Numbered from the stretch's first letter, positions 40,801 through 49,752 are shown. The stretch is DNA of 64,000 nt from Candidatus Multivoradales bacterium (GCA_965248925.1 CBDFLE010000004.1:192001-256000), one strand, 5' to 3'. A program made the numbers and translations. Notes: generated from the letters alone by a model not told the origin.

Positions 40801-43800
40801 GAGGAGGGAGCGGAAGAAATACCCGGCGTGATCCGCGTGCAGGCGCAGCTTCCTGGTGGCCTGGCCGATGCCGAGGGCAAGATCCGTGTCGACCTCGCGG
40901 GCATCGGCCCCGCCGGTTTGCCGGTGCGCGGCCTCGGCGAGGGGCTGATGGACGAGCCCATGGCCGAGCTGAAAGACGATAAGGCGCTGGTGCTACAACG
41001 GCAGTCGGACAACCCCCTGTCAGAGGGCTACAACGTCTTCCTCTCCGACCCGGTGGTGCTGCTGGCTGACGTGCGCGCCTCGGCGCATTTCGAGCGCTCG
41101 GAGGCTGAGAAGAAGGTCTGCCGCCGCTGCGACCTGGTGGACGAGGGGGTCTACTCCGCGGCCGATCTACCTCCCAACGAGCTGCATGTCGAGCTGCTGT
41201 CGGGTCACCAGGTCCGCGCCAGCTACAGCGCCAGCTTCGCCACCAGCCTCAGCGGGCTTTACAACGCCGATCTGCTAGCGGGCTACGCCGTCATCGCCGA
41301 CAGTGTGCCCTGGGATCTCAGCCCCTCGCCGCACCAGGAGCCGGTGCTCAATGCCGCCACTAGCGCGATGGCGGCGCCGGGCACCCTCCTGCACTCAGGA
41401 GAGATGACCCGCCAGGCGATCGACTTAAGCCTCCAAGGCCGGGGATTGGACCTCGCCTTGGTGCGCACCTACCGCAGCCAGACAATCAGCAACGGCCCCC
41501 TCGGCCCGGGCTGGGATCATGGCTACCGCCTGCGCCTGCGGCTCTTGCCCAATGGCGATATCGACTTCTTCGACGGCACTGGCCGCCGCGAGACCTTCAC
41601 CTTGGAAGACGACGGCAAGCTTATGCCGCCCGTCGGCCGCTTCGTCCAGCTCAAGAAGTACGCCGAGGGCTACACCCTGATCGGCAGCGGCTACCAGCGC
41701 TGGCGTTTCGACCGCTGGGGTCGTTTAGTGTCGATGATCGACTCGGTGCGCACCAGCGAAGGGACCGGCAACGAGATCACCTTCCACTACGACTCCCACT
41801 CGCGCCTGGCGCGAATCCACGACGACCTCGACCGCAACACCTTCCTGCACTACGACGACGAAGGCCGCCTGGAGAAGATCGTCGACTTCAGTGATCGCGA
41901 CTTCCTCTACCACTACGACGCCCAGGGAAGATTGACCAGTTTCGAGACCCCAGACGTCGACCTCGGCAGCGGCAGCAGCCAGCGCCTGTCGACCACCTAC
42001 GCCTACCATCCCCTTGGCACGGGCCTGGCCGGGCAGCTCACCCAGCGCGATGATCTGAAAAGCGAGACCGACGCCAAGAGCCAGACCTGGCTCACCCTGC
42101 GGTATCAGGACTCCGACGGCAACGGCCGCCCCGATGCGCTCAAAGAACAAGACTGGGGAGCGGGGACAGTGCATTTGGCCTTCGATTTCGACGGCCAGCA
42201 GACCACCCTGACCGATCGCCGAGGCAAAGTCTGGACCTACCATCTCAACGCTGCTGGGCAGGCCACCAGCCTGATCGATCCGAAGTCAGCCAACGGGTCG
42301 TGGCAATACGACGGCGAGGGTCTGCTGACCCGCGCCACCCGCCCCTTGGGTGGGGCTACCCAGATCGAGTATCCGGCGGACACCTCCGGCGACCGCCGCG
42401 GCAGAGGCGATGCCCAGCGGATGGTTAAGATCGCCGATGGCCGCGGCCCCAACGGCTCGCCCAGCGAGCTGGTGACCACCTGGGAATACCACTCACCGAC
42501 CCACCAGCCCAGCCGAAAAACCGAGCCCGGTGGCGCGGTGACGGTGTGGGAACGGACGGATAATGGCCTGCCCGAGCAGATCGTGCGGGCCGCTGGCGCG
42601 GCGGAGCAGAGCATCACTGGGTTGAGCTACAACGCCCGCGGCCAGCTGCTGGAAGCCACCAATCCCAACGGCCACGTCACCCGCCACAGCTATTTCACCT
42701 CTGGCTCAGAAGAAGGCTACTTGAAGCAAACTGAAGTCGACCCTGGCGGTCTCAGCCTGGTCACCATTTACGAGCGCAACGATCGCGGCCAGCTGGAGGC
42801 GATCACCGATCCGCGAGGCGTGCGCCATGAGACCGAGCTGAACAGGCTGGATTGGCCGCTGGCCCAGGTAGCCGCCGCCAGCACCAGCGGTTTTCTGGCA
42901 CCCCTCGGCTACCGCACGACCTGGCGCTACGACGCCAACGGCGACATCACCGAAGTGGCCAGCCCCTTCGGCGACGGCTCGACGACGACGATCGAGGTCC
43001 GCACCTTCGGCGTGCTCGGCGAGCTGCTGTCGGCCGAGAGAGAGGTGGCTCCAGGAGGTCGGCGTATTGTAGAGACCTCGACCTATGACCCAAACCTGAA
43101 CCTCTTGACTCACATCGACGGCGCCGGCCAGCGGGTCGAGCGTGAGTACGACGACCGAGGCCAGTTGTCTCTGGTGCGCCGCGGCTTGGGTACCGGCGCA
43201 TTGGCGACACCGATTGTCGAGCACCAGAGCTACGACCTGGACGGCCATTTGAGCAGTCAGCGCGATGGCCGCGGCATGACCTGGGAGGCCGAGCGCGATG
43301 GCCATGGCCGGGTGCTGCGCAGCCGCACTCCGCTCGGCCACTACCGAGAGCAGAGTTACGGCGCGGCCGGCGATCTGGCGGCCACGCTGGCCTTTGACGC
43401 CGGTGGCCAGCTGCTGGCCGAGAGTGCTTTCACCCACGATCTGCTACACCGCCGCACCGAGACCACCGCCTGGCGCTGGACTCCCGATCCACAGCAGCCC
43501 GACCCCGCTCGGACTGCTGAGAAAACTCACCATCGGTGGGATGTCGCCAGCAACCTACTCGAAGTCGAAGATCCGCTGGGTCGCCTGACCCGGACCTTCT
43601 ACGACGCTGCCGAGCGCCCCGAGCGAGTGGAGCTGCCCGAGGGCAACGTGCGCCGCACGACCTACGATTCTGGTGGCTTGCCGATTACCGAGCATGCCGA
43701 CGAGGTCGATCCGGCGGGCGGCTCGCACACCATCACCTATCAATCGACTTTCGATGCCCTCGGCCGCCGCCTCAGCCGCCAAGACGGAATCTTCGCCAAC

Positions 43801-46800
43801 CGCACCCTCTGGACGGTGGATGCTCGCGGCCAAGTGACCCTCGAAGTCGACCCGACCGGTAGTTTCACCCAGCGCAGCTACGATGGGCTCAACCGGATGA
43901 CCCGCGAGATCCGTCCGGAAGGGATCTCGGTCGACTACAGTTGGGACGACGCCTCGCGCCTCAGCACCTACACCGACGCCCGCGGTCAGGCCACCCGCTG
44001 GACCTACGACGCCGTGGGCCGGCGCACCAAAGTGGTCTACCCTGATCAGCAGCAGGAACGCTGGGTCTATGACCCCACCGGCAACGTTACCGAGCGCCAC
44101 GATCCTCGCGGCTTGGTCGTGCATCAGAGCTGGGATGACGCTGGGCGGTTGCAATCACGTACTGTCACCCCGCCGCTGGGCGGCACCCTCGAAGGGCCGG
44201 GGGTCGAGGCTTTCACCTTCGACGGCCTCGACCGCCTGACCCGAGCCCAGTCGGGAAGCGTAGTTACCGAGCGAGTCTACAACTCCCTCTCCCACCTGGC
44301 CTCAGAGACGAATGCCGGACGCACCACCAGCTGGCAGCGCAACGCCCTTGGCGAGCCCACTCGCACTAGCTACCCCTCGGGCCGCCAGGTCGAGCGCGCC
44401 TTCGACAATCTCGGCCGAGCCAGCACGGTTGGCGAACCCGGCGCGCCAGCCTCGATTGCCAGCTACGGCTATCGCGGCCCGGCGATTGCCTACAAGGCTC
44501 TCGGCAATGGTCTCCTGGGCAACATAAGCTTCGATGGCTTGCGCCGGATGGTGGACAGCAACTTCAGCCTGGCGGGGGAGTCCGCCACCTTCCAGGAGAG
44601 TCTGGCCTGGAGTCCCCGCAGCCTCAAGACCGGCCAATCGCGGGGCGATCTGGGCGGCGCCGGCCGGGTCTTCGCCTACGATGGCGCGAAGCGCCTGATC
44701 GAATCCGCTCGCGTGCCCCCGGCTTTGGCTCAGCGCCCTGGCAACACGCCCCCCGACGTGGCCCTGCTGGCCAGCTTGCCCGAACGCACAAGCTACCAGC
44801 ACGACAACGCCATGAACCTGATTCGCAGCACCACCACCCAGCGTGGCATCGAGCAGATCACCGATTTACCGCCGGACAATCGCAATCGTCCCAGCGCTGT
44901 CGGCGGCGTTGCCCTCGAATGGGACGCTGCCGGCAACATGAAGCGCAAGGGCGATATGCAGATGTACTATGATTTCAAGAGCCGACTGACGCGGGTCGCC
45001 CGCGCCGGTGTCGAAGTCGCCAAGTATCACTACGACGCCTTCAACCGCCGGGTGAAGGTCGAGACGCCGACCCACACTGAGGACAGCGTCTGGGACGGCT
45101 GGCAATCGTTAGAAACCTATCGCGATGGTGCCTTGGCCTCGCGGCGGGTCTACGGCAACGGTATCGACGAGATCCTGCAACAAGAGGCCGACCTCGATGG
45201 AGATGGCACGGTGGAGCAGACTTACTATCCGATCACCGACAGCACCGGCAACGTGGCGATGCTGACCGGAGCTGACGGCAAGCCCATCGAGCGCTACTTC
45301 TACACCCCGTTTGGCGGGCGCAAAGTGCTGGTCGACTCCACGCCCCCCGAGGTCGAACAGGTGCGGGTGCAAGACGGTGCACTGTGGATCGAGCTTTCTG
45401 AAGAAGTCTCCACCGAAGAACTACAAGCCAGCCTGGCCGACGGTCGCATCCAGCTGACCCAGACCAGCGACGGAATGCCCCTGCCGCTGACTCTTGATCT
45501 GCCCGTCCAGGAAGGCCGTCAAGCTCGGCGAAGACTCGTGCTGACGCCGGCCACGCCGCCCACCGACGGCGACAGCCTGCGGCTAGAAGTCGCCGCCAGC
45601 GCGCTGAGCGACACCTTCCGCAACCTGGCCAATGCCGGCGTCGACCTCACCTGGACCTGGTCCGCGGCCCAAGAGGTGCTGCAAGACACCGCCGCGCCGC
45701 GGGTCGCCGAAGTCCTGTTGCGATCACGCATCGTCGAGATCCAGTTCAGCGAAGAAGCCGACCTCGCCGCGGCTGCCAGCGCGATCCTCTTAGACGGTCA
45801 GCCCACTAGCTGGACCCTGGCTGAAGACCGATACACCCTGGTCGCAAGCAATACTCTGGCAGCAGGCACTCACACCCTCGACATTGGTACAGACGCTCTC
45901 GACCTCGCCGGCAGCGGCCTGGCCGCTGCCTTCAGTCAAGCCCTCAACGTGCCGGCCAGCGGCGACCAGCTGGCCTTCCAGGCCGCCGACCCGCGACTCA
46001 GCAGCACCAGTGCCGCCGGCAACGCTCATGGCTTCCATGGCCGGCCGGTGGATGAGGAAACCGGGCTGCTGTACTTTAGGAACCGTTATGTCGATCCGGA
46101 GATGGGGCGGTTTGTTAGCAGCGACCCGATGGGGTATGTGGATGGGCCTAGTGGGTATCAGTTTGCGGGGAGTTCGCCCGAGGGTTTTAGAGATCCGCTG
46201 GGGTTAGCTCTCGTGTTCGGAGGAGACAAGTCATTAGAACTAGCCGTCGGTCGTCTACGTATTCGTAGTCCACAAATCGATGCCACATTGGCGAAATACG
46301 AAGGGCCTGGGGAACCGGATCTGATCTTCCAGAGACAAGGAACGCTGGCTGCGGATCGCGACGGCGGCAAAGTATTGCAGCATTTCAAGCCGTCCTTCAA
46401 TCAAAGCGAGTTTTTGCCGATAAACTTCGAAGCAATGGAAGAGGAGACCCGCACATGGTTTGCTGATCACGCGAAGGCCAAGTCGGCTAGCGGGCCTAGA
46501 TGGAAAGGAAATCCAACACTGGAAATTCCGCCAATTTTCTATAACGACAGTACTGGCAATGGGAACTGCGATAGTGGGCGGTATATTGACCCGATGTCTG
46601 TTCGATTGGAAAGGGCGTATATAGTAGTGAGCGTTAAGGAAAACAGGGCCGGTAGTGTTGAAGAAGCGTTCAGCTTGATACACGAACTAGGCCATGCTGA
46701 TCAAGCGGCAAACAATACATGGGACTTTTTATCGAAGACATGCAATGATCAAATTTATAGGGAGTTCAGTCTTGAAACCGAATCGTGGATTGGCGTGATC

Positions 46801-46941
46801 CCTCACGATGAACGCAGCGTGGAAAAGTACGCAGACCAATATCGCAGGTCTGTAGGCATTGAACTTGGTGTGGTACCAACAGATTTGAGGAGCAAGAAAG
46901 CGTGGCTCAAGAGATTGAAAGAGATTGGATTTCGGAGATGA
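31897..46941 (+). CDS. Giant secreted Ig-repeat/LVIVD/RHS polymorphic toxin, unit 2 (5014 aa; barrel type B; HELGH zincin tip)
   Basis: Start set by homology to 12049 (MPKQLSLRSLL signal peptide); same architecture; core ends FRDPLG; tip LIHELGHADQ. Confidence 0.93.
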   Translation: MPKQLSLRSLLVLQASLGALLLSASAAQAAPAFISVTPADGTLSSAATVTLTIEVQAATSLQVDGQAVTTVDPSGTVWTAGPYSLSEGERVLVLIAEDASGVQAQQLHRVVRDSLAPVLSLSQPAAAAIVASSPLTVAGTAVDAHLAAVRVGGQVAALSGASFSHSLVLVEGEQTFTVEASDSLGQSGQQSVTVTLDSQPPTVALLEGAQPLAADALFNRSVVLSFSVTDATATTVEALLDGASFVSGTTVSGAGSHVFSVTATDAAGQPTSVSRSFEIDLTAPTFLSFTPSDGTLLAGSQVTLSGVVEGAAALSVEGQAASLVGQSWTAGALQLIEGEREISIVATDLAGNSASFTLHLERDATAPQLIGLVPSVDSVLATSPVAISGTASDAHLLEVRVGGELASLTGSQFSQPAVALVEGENLLPIVATDQVGHQATAELRLVLDTQAPTLSLLVAGVPLQGGAVFAGPVTPEISASDATEVVTSATLDGATYLPGTVIDGDGLHQLSVSASDAAGHQATVLVSFSLDLAAPVFADLAPVAGSVDSAAQVTLTGRAPGAVSVSVDGQAATLAGDGFSAGPFNLSEGERVFLLAATDSGGNVTQLTHRLTRDSTAPQLTLGQPAAGSLLGSTTVDVSGTASDPRLDQVTVNGVLAEISGGAFLARQVALIEGDNVLTVVAADTVGNEVQTTRSVTVDTTPPTVVITDPASGTITPEAGLTLSGSAADPHLDRVEVAGVGASLVGEQWSLAVDLQEGSNTFTVEAFDPLGHSTSASVTVTRDSSAPEIHIESPAEGLYSPAANLTVSGTVVAEPDLTVTVGGVAATIAGSSWSAAAVPLVEGENRLIARVTDALGNQGTHTRVVWRDNQAPEFLSSIPAAGALELPAGSSFRLRFSEPLAAPSGGAYSLSTLAGQALASSAEIDGDDLVITPQAALPSATELRLVLGAGLVDRAGNALAAAHTLAFTVVDGGSPAAPQLDAYASYLCAPAITLAGSAEPGAWIEVDGGASVGAGQVADDGRFAISVVLLPEGPNHLTVIAVDAAGNPSPATSADIVHDCTAPEVLGASREAAGFRIALSETVDPLTLSGSVRVYDSGVEIAGTVSAAVNAGAGELIWTATAALPSVALLVEVEGALADLAGNPLAFPYRQLFDIALGGSFFSGTAIDDASGRPLGGVRAVVTASDGVALAEPWPEQTSGEDGRLVIALPAGTHDVTFARPGYTPVFRVVTTVDGQGTDVFDPRLTPAAAAVSIDASGGLVEGSSEVGTAPRLTLPLAGLASAAAVRLTAVGGQGLAALLPYGWAPRGAVWVDLSAVNLDSSATLDLPVTSADGTVLEAVTLDLATLQWRSLGVVTVSGGEVTMTVDGEGAWAAVEADSGALAPPPAVAGQMLGSSAAPPSGGVTSASLSFDPEVVLPTQRSWVQVLYGLAAEVPSGVPLTLSIEERLELLDGSVRRISPYSADLVLYRDSLGDPTSRFRLRPSAAARSLPVRLGAEQVSVRSYGDETVRGNVLGPDGGVVSSAEGDQVVLPTGALEEPTAVTLSRRTVADLPLAPPAGGTVDGVLELDLAGRRLLLPAELSWSLTPAPAAGTPGLLLGVVEVEGEPRYRAIAELEATATGWRTQAIDAADLAWPGVLEGGLYVFLRLDAAPRFVRGMVLDPGGAPVVGAVVESTTVPWLQISAAEGGYVLPILLDAATLSARRAVTGNAVAVALPAGVAGERVDLDLPLQIVAPWVEQITPSAGTSGVLLGVNPVVRFSEPVDRASLDGAIELRQGGVAVAVALDHQGALVTLLPQATLVPGSEYEVWVGAAVRDLQGYGLSGSVSVLFSTEVVATPAGVDRGRIFLVEPDAQGLARVEGLAGAAPAGTLVFVENLTSFSTTESVQSAGDGSFLLTIGASLEDQLLLHVLIDGGNEVVILLTPFLGADLRTGLAGTGAGEFTTADGITVRYAAGTFAGPSRVQVTPIAMGTLAAAEDFSELLTFRLEIAGAQPLKPLEVTMAAPAGTAPAGTAAGSLWLLRRQLEIADLPWMVHAELALDGGELSTIHTVGEAQSANSGEVGGTKSGTFDVPAPLRVLSPAEAAARLPRSGFLSALPPADPAALVEVEPPLAGLGAAKATVAPVLADYLVGVSRPGIYQAARAEVELGWIAFPFRGAQDLVVRTAELPEVVLALDAVNRSFLPLGAGALPVELSPTPLNADPAAPGTPGTPGSKAPPAGEPKADSVEIQVLDFAGVELYRVVVDAPTQQVVLLSPSQLPNAGPPMPLGGGPLRFHAFSAAPGTSEIAAGISAELEGNSLTVRGEAGSAGAGVAVRLIDLESSNVLSATASPGGSFSVVASPSQLGDQLVLAISAKLTPGQPLRLDFSEALQEEAPGIRVEHDGMALPITKEPLGSWAQLLIHGGWQAGKTYNLRLDSTMADAAGLPWDTDLTLPFEVAESSAGTSFALDAAHDIARLGSLLFVAAGADGLAVLDASDPRQLKNWLAAETYVDLVAEPGLPVRGVATDSHGRVVAVGGGVARRGVLLILDPQELPQGAATVPAAAILGRTLLTEPQLAGSGAPPLLIGRPLAVEIFNRDESTSWTVGEVVPPGLTLAPPSPPSGTAAVSLTVSGMATAERPVTLRNLTTGERDSARVGSAGGGGAGSFSLSLSVRRGDRLELLRNELSLAYVAGYDAGVVTVDLNAVEAADEEVDDPWDAFDLLRYNTHYFVPTEVLCSTFENDQRFDVIDARVLPAASEGEPWSVLALVENYGLLSLGASVAAPLDKLAYRDALCGEVDGNRKLGGLDVLPGYRFDRNGDGVLDDEEPERDYALLTNTVGGGGLGWLLIVDVTKRDELLLVGRIELPGPATRVTADPVGRRALVSGLGGGVYIVDLDRWPELGGGGGTPQIWSSDRVVERLSFGEDVRAPTLVAPELGLAFAGGVARGVTPISTGLPRLSLVTSGQQGLRRVARLAPFGAPTAPESAEEGAEEIPGVIRVQAQLPGGLADAEGKIRVDLAGIGPAGLPVRGLGEGLMDEPMAELKDDKALVLQRQSDNPLSEGYNVFLSDPVVLLADVRASAHFERSEAEKKVCRRCDLVDEGVYSAADLPPNELHVELLSGHQVRASYSASFATSLSGLYNADLLAGYAVIADSVPWDLSPSPHQEPVLNAATSAMAAPGTLLHSGEMTRQAIDLSLQGRGLDLALVRTYRSQTISNGPLGPGWDHGYRLRLRLLPNGDIDFFDGTGRRETFTLEDDGKLMPPVGRFVQLKKYAEGYTLIGSGYQRWRFDRWGRLVSMIDSVRTSEGTGNEITFHYDSHSRLARIHDDLDRNTFLHYDDEGRLEKIVDFSDRDFLYHYDAQGRLTSFETPDVDLGSGSSQRLSTTYAYHPLGTGLAGQLTQRDDLKSETDAKSQTWLTLRYQDSDGNGRPDALKEQDWGAGTVHLAFDFDGQQTTLTDRRGKVWTYHLNAAGQATSLIDPKSANGSWQYDGEGLLTRATRPLGGATQIEYPADTSGDRRGRGDAQRMVKIADGRGPNGSPSELVTTWEYHSPTHQPSRKTEPGGAVTVWERTDNGLPEQIVRAAGAAEQSITGLSYNARGQLLEATNPNGHVTRHSYFTSGSEEGYLKQTEVDPGGLSLVTIYERNDRGQLEAITDPRGVRHETELNRLDWPLAQVAAASTSGFLAPLGYRTTWRYDANGDITEVASPFGDGSTTTIEVRTFGVLGELLSAEREVAPGGRRIVETSTYDPNLNLLTHIDGAGQRVEREYDDRGQLSLVRRGLGTGALATPIVEHQSYDLDGHLSSQRDGRGMTWEAERDGHGRVLRSRTPLGHYREQSYGAAGDLAATLAFDAGGQLLAESAFTHDLLHRRTETTAWRWTPDPQQPDPARTAEKTHHRWDVASNLLEVEDPLGRLTRTFYDAAERPERVELPEGNVRRTTYDSGGLPITEHADEVDPAGGSHTITYQSTFDALGRRLSRQDGIFANRTLWTVDARGQVTLEVDPTGSFTQRSYDGLNRMTREIRPEGISVDYSWDDASRLSTYTDARGQATRWTYDAVGRRTKVVYPDQQQERWVYDPTGNVTERHDPRGLVVHQSWDDAGRLQSRTVTPPLGGTLEGPGVEAFTFDGLDRLTRAQSGSVVTERVYNSLSHLASETNAGRTTSWQRNALGEPTRTSYPSGRQVERAFDNLGRASTVGEPGAPASIASYGYRGPAIAYKALGNGLLGNISFDGLRRMVDSNFSLAGESATFQESLAWSPRSLKTGQSRGDLGGAGRVFAYDGAKRLIESARVPPALAQRPGNTPPDVALLASLPERTSYQHDNAMNLIRSTTTQRGIEQITDLPPDNRNRPSAVGGVALEWDAAGNMKRKGDMQMYYDFKSRLTRVARAGVEVAKYHYDAFNRRVKVETPTHTEDSVWDGWQSLETYRDGALASRRVYGNGIDEILQQEADLDGDGTVEQTYYPITDSTGNVAMLTGADGKPIERYFYTPFGGRKVLVDSTPPEVEQVRVQDGALWIELSEEVSTEELQASLADGRIQLTQTSDGMPLPLTLDLPVQEGRQARRRLVLTPATPPTDGDSLRLEVAASALSDTFRNLANAGVDLTWTWSAAQEVLQDTAAPRVAEVLLRSRIVEIQFSEEADLAAAASAILLDGQPTSWTLAEDRYTLVASNTLAAGTHTLDIGTDALDLAGSGLAAAFSQALNVPASGDQLAFQAADPRLSSTSAAGNAHGFHGRPVDEETGLLYFRNRYVDPEMGRFVSSDPMGYVDGPSGYQFAGSSPEGFRDPLGLALVFGGDKSLELAVGRLRIRSPQIDATLAKYEGPGEPDLIFQRQGTLAADRDGGKVLQHFKPSFNQSEFLPINFEAMEEETRTWFADHAKAKSASGPRWKGNPTLEIPPIFYNDSTGNGNCDSGRYIDPMSVRLERAYIVVSVKENRAGSVEEAFSLIHELGHADQAANNTWDFLSKTCNDQIYREFSLETESWIGVIPHDERSVEKYADQYRRSVGIELGVVPTDLRSKKAWLKRLKEIGFRR

Positions 46942-47525
46942 AGATGGTTTCTTATACTTGGAAGCACTGTTGGCTTTTTGTCCTCTTGGTTCTTCTTTTG
47001 GCAATGATGCCTGATATCCATGCGTCGGAGCTTCTTCCTACGCAGGTAGCTGGCACGGAAGAAGTCTATCTGTCTCTACGAGTTGATCTTGCTTTTGAGG
47101 AGAAGTGGCCAGGAATTAGTAGTTCTCTCGAACAGCGAGCGCGTGAGCTGCTGGCAGAAGGAGGCATCGCCATCGCTCCACCCTTCCGGGTTGTCGAACG
47201 GGCAGGACTTCCCGGCCGAACTCTCGTTATCGAGATTAGTTTCATTGTACTTGATCGAAGGCAGGGTTGTGATATGGCAGCGATCCTCTTTGAGCTTGAT
47301 CTCAAGGAGTGGGTAGAGCTGAGTCGACCTCCAGAAGTGAAGGCGAAAGGGGGCGGGAAGGCTTGGGTTTCGGTATGGGGAGACCGCGATAGCGCTTGGC
47401 TAAAGATGGATGATATCAGAGCTGAAGTTGAAGAAGATTTGGAGTTTTATATCAACTATTTCGTAAAGCAAGTCGAACTCGCAAATGGGGTCGTGGCCCG
47501 TCCCCCACGTCCACAATCAGACTAG
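46938..47525 (+). CDS. Putative exported immunity protein (195 aa)
   Basis: ATGA overlap with the toxin stop; signal-peptide-like WLFVLLVLLLAMMPDIHA; C-terminal ARPPRPQ is encoded by a degenerate boundary repeat. Confidence 0.72.
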   Translation: MKMVSYTWKHCWLFVLLVLLLAMMPDIHASELLPTQVAGTEEVYLSLRVDLAFEEKWPGISSSLEQRARELLAEGGIAIAPPFRVVERAGLPGRTLVIEISFIVLDRRQGCDMAAILFELDLKEWVELSRPPEVKAKGGGKAWVSVWGDRDSAWLKMDDIRAEVEEDLEFYINYFVKQVELANGVVARPPRPQSD

Positions 47526-47618
47526 CCCTACTTAGTCAGATTGTCCGCCCTCAGAAAGCGTCCCGTCCGCCGCGTCCGCGATCAAAATCGTAGCCAAACG
47601 GCCACTTTATTGGTCGCC
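47494..47618 (+). repeat. Unit-boundary repeat: degenerate copy (47494) and full copy (47560)
   Basis: TGGCCCGTCCCCCACGTCCACAATCAGACTAGCC; GTCCCGTCCGCCGCGTCCGCGATCAAAATCGTAGCCAAACGGCCACTTTATTGGTCGCC. Confidence 0.85.
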
Positions 47619-47785
47619 TGCCTTCGTTGATGGACCCGCTCCTTGTCGCTCCTCTTCAGCTCACGCCGAGAATTTCCCAGACCGACGGCGATCTTCGCTA
47701 GCTGCCGAGAATCCGAGGCGCCTGAGCGAGCCTCACCGTGGACAGCGCGTCGCAGCAGCCCATCAACTCGCCAGCCTGAGCCGCT

Positions 47786-48699
47786 CTACTTGGGCGCATA
47801 GAAGCCAGAGAGCACTCCTTGCCAGGCGGTCATGAATCGTAGGTGCCCCCGTGAGGGCTTGCGGCCGGTCCAGATCTCGGCTGGCGTGTAGCCATCGAGG
47901 CTTTGGTGCGGGCGCAGTTCGTTGTACCAAAACCGGAAGACATCCAGCTGCCGCTGGGCCTTGCGGCCCGCTGGCAGCGGCTCGCGCCGCCGCCGCAGGC
48001 GCTCTTTGAAGGTACCGAAGAACCGTTCGACGCGGCCGTTCTGCCAGGGCGAGGCCACCTGAGTTCGCTGGTGGCGAATACCCAGTATGGCCAGCGAAAG
48101 CCGGAAGATCCAAGATGTAAAGACTGGCTCGTTGTCAGTGCGCAAGCACTTTGGCTTGCCGCATAGCTCGATCGCGTTGAGCAGCTGGCGAACCAGCTCA
48201 ATGGAGGCTTTGGTCTTCACCGTCTGAAGGCACAAGCAGAGCCGAGTGCCGTGATCCAGCAGGCCGAGAATCATCTCTTTCTTGCTGGCGGTGTTGTCAG
48301 CGTAGGTGAGATCGGCGGCCCAGATCAGCCGCTTGCCGATGATTCCAGGTTTTCTCCTGCGATCTTCCGGCGCCAAGCGAGAATCTCCAGCTGGTGCTCG
48401 TTGAAGATCTTCGCAACGTAGCTCTTGCCCACCGTCATTCGGCGATGGCGGTAGTTGCGATTGAAGGCTGCCGCGATGGCGCGGCAGCCATCGTCGGGCT
48501 GCAACGCCTTGAGCCGAATCACCGCTTGGCGCACCCACTTGGGCTTGGGCCGGCAGAAGCCGCGATAGGTCGTTGGGCCGCGTGGACACCCAGCTCGGCG
48601 GCGGTGCTTCGCCCTGGGTTGCTGGGCGAGCGAAATGAGCGCAAGAATCAGAACCAACACGAAGGCACAGAGCAGGATGCCGGCAAGGTCGGGAGTCAT
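47786..48699 (-). pseudogene. rve/DDE integrase, unit 3, frameshifted
   Basis: CCTGCGATCTT versus CCTGCGGATCTT in the paralogs (1-nt loss at ~48361); could be a sequencing indel. Confidence 0.8.
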
Positions 48700-48749
48700 T
48701 CCTTGAGAATACAGATCTAACGCAGCCTAGCCAGAGGTGCCGCGCTTCC

Positions 48750-49217
48750 TCACGTATCACCTCCCGAATGCCAGAAGCCCGGCTTGTGTAGCTCCAGCAC
48801 GAAGTCCACCTTGGCGGCCCTCCTCTCGTAGTCACGCCGCTCCTTCGCCGCCGCGATCCTGGCGGCGATCTCGCTGGCCAGGTGCTCTCCCTTGCCGGGT
48901 CGCGTGGGCAGGGCTTCCCTGGCCACATCGCGGAGGACTTGCTCCACCAGCGCCCGGTCCTTCTTCTTCGGGTCGCTAGCGTGGTTGAGAAACCACAGGA
49001 TCAGCGCCGCGGGCTCGAGGAAGCGGTGGTTGACCGCGGCCAGGAAGGCCGCGGTCAGCTCTTCGATCGGCGCGCCGGCAGAAAGCTTTATCTCGGCCAG
49101 GCTGTCGATGCTGGAGTGATTGAGTCGCTGGTTGGCGCCGGTGATCTGAGCGGCGATCTGGCGTGCTGCCTGGTGGATCTGTTCGGCGGTCATCGGCTTT
49201 CTGGACAGGGTGGCCAT
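48750..49217 (-). CDS. Hypothetical 155-aa protein, unit 3
   Basis: Paralog of 28693-29160. Confidence 0.75.
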   Translation of the reverse strand: MATLSRKPMTAEQIHQAARQIAAQITGANQRLNHSSIDSLAEIKLSAGAPIEELTAAFLAAVNHRFLEPAALILWFLNHASDPKKKDRALVEQVLRDVAREALPTRPGKGEHLASEIAARIAAAKERRDYERRAAKVDFVLELHKPGFWHSGGDT

Positions 49218-49239
49218 TCTGGTGCTCCTCCTCGGTAAT

Positions 49240-49378
49240 CTATTGTTGGCGGATATTGACGCCGAAGCCGATGGCCATGGTTTCGATGGCTTGGGCCAGG
49301 GCGATGTGTTGCTCGGTGAGTTCGGTCTCCGGAGCGCCTGGCAGCTTGAGGGTCAGCAAAGTGCCTCGTAGATGAATT
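49240..49378 (-). pseudogene. 5'-deleted PCD-like gene 2 remnant
   Basis: Matches ~29183-29319, then jumps to the equivalent of ~29502. Confidence 0.65.
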
Positions 49379-49386
49379 CCTTAAGG

Positions 49387-49752
49387 TCATGGTTCAAGAA
49401 AAAGCACCCTCCGGGCAGCAGGGACTGATTCTGCCCGGAGGGGTGGAGTTGCCGTGGTTGGGGAGGGACCACCACGGCCATCACAGGGACTCAGGGAGCG
49501 AGCGAGGTCGAAATCTTCCGGCCGCAGACGGGCCGGCGCCGCCGGCCCGATCCGTACCGAGACCCAGCGGCCGACCATCGCGGCTCTGGGTTCTAGGTTG
49601 GTGAGTTCACCGCGATAGAACACCCACTCGACGAAGATCAGGGAATCGCGCCAAGAGTCAAAGAGATATTTGCGGGTGATCTTTTGTTGCCCCTTGATTT
49701 GTCGCCAAACGGGTAGGGCACTCAGGGCCTGTTGGATCTCTTCGTCGGTCAT
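49387..49752 (-). CDS. PCD-fold protein 1, unit 3
   Basis: MTDEEIQQALS start after AAGGAGAG; paralog of 9665 and 29510. Confidence 0.65.
   Translation of the reverse strand: MTDEEIQQALSALPVWRQIKGQQKITRKYLFDSWRDSLIFVEWVFYRGELTNLEPRAAMVGRWVSVRIGPAAPARLRPEDFDLARSLSPCDGRGGPSPTTATPPLRAESVPAARRVLFLEP

Noticed and set aside
12109-46038. Many long antisense and alternative-frame ORFs inside the giant genes (e.g. 12826-14418)
   Set aside because: Shadow ORFs expected in GC-rich coding DNA; Arg/Ala/Gly-rich with no recognisable motifs
10310-46941. Units 1 and 2 as an assembly duplication
   Set aside because: They differ by many substitutions, indels, TPR regions, toxin tips, immunity genes and IS content
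47786-48928. 380-aa integrase ORF with a novel N-terminus
   Set aside because: Artefact of the 1-nt frameshift; the N-terminus is an alternative frame of neighbouring sequence
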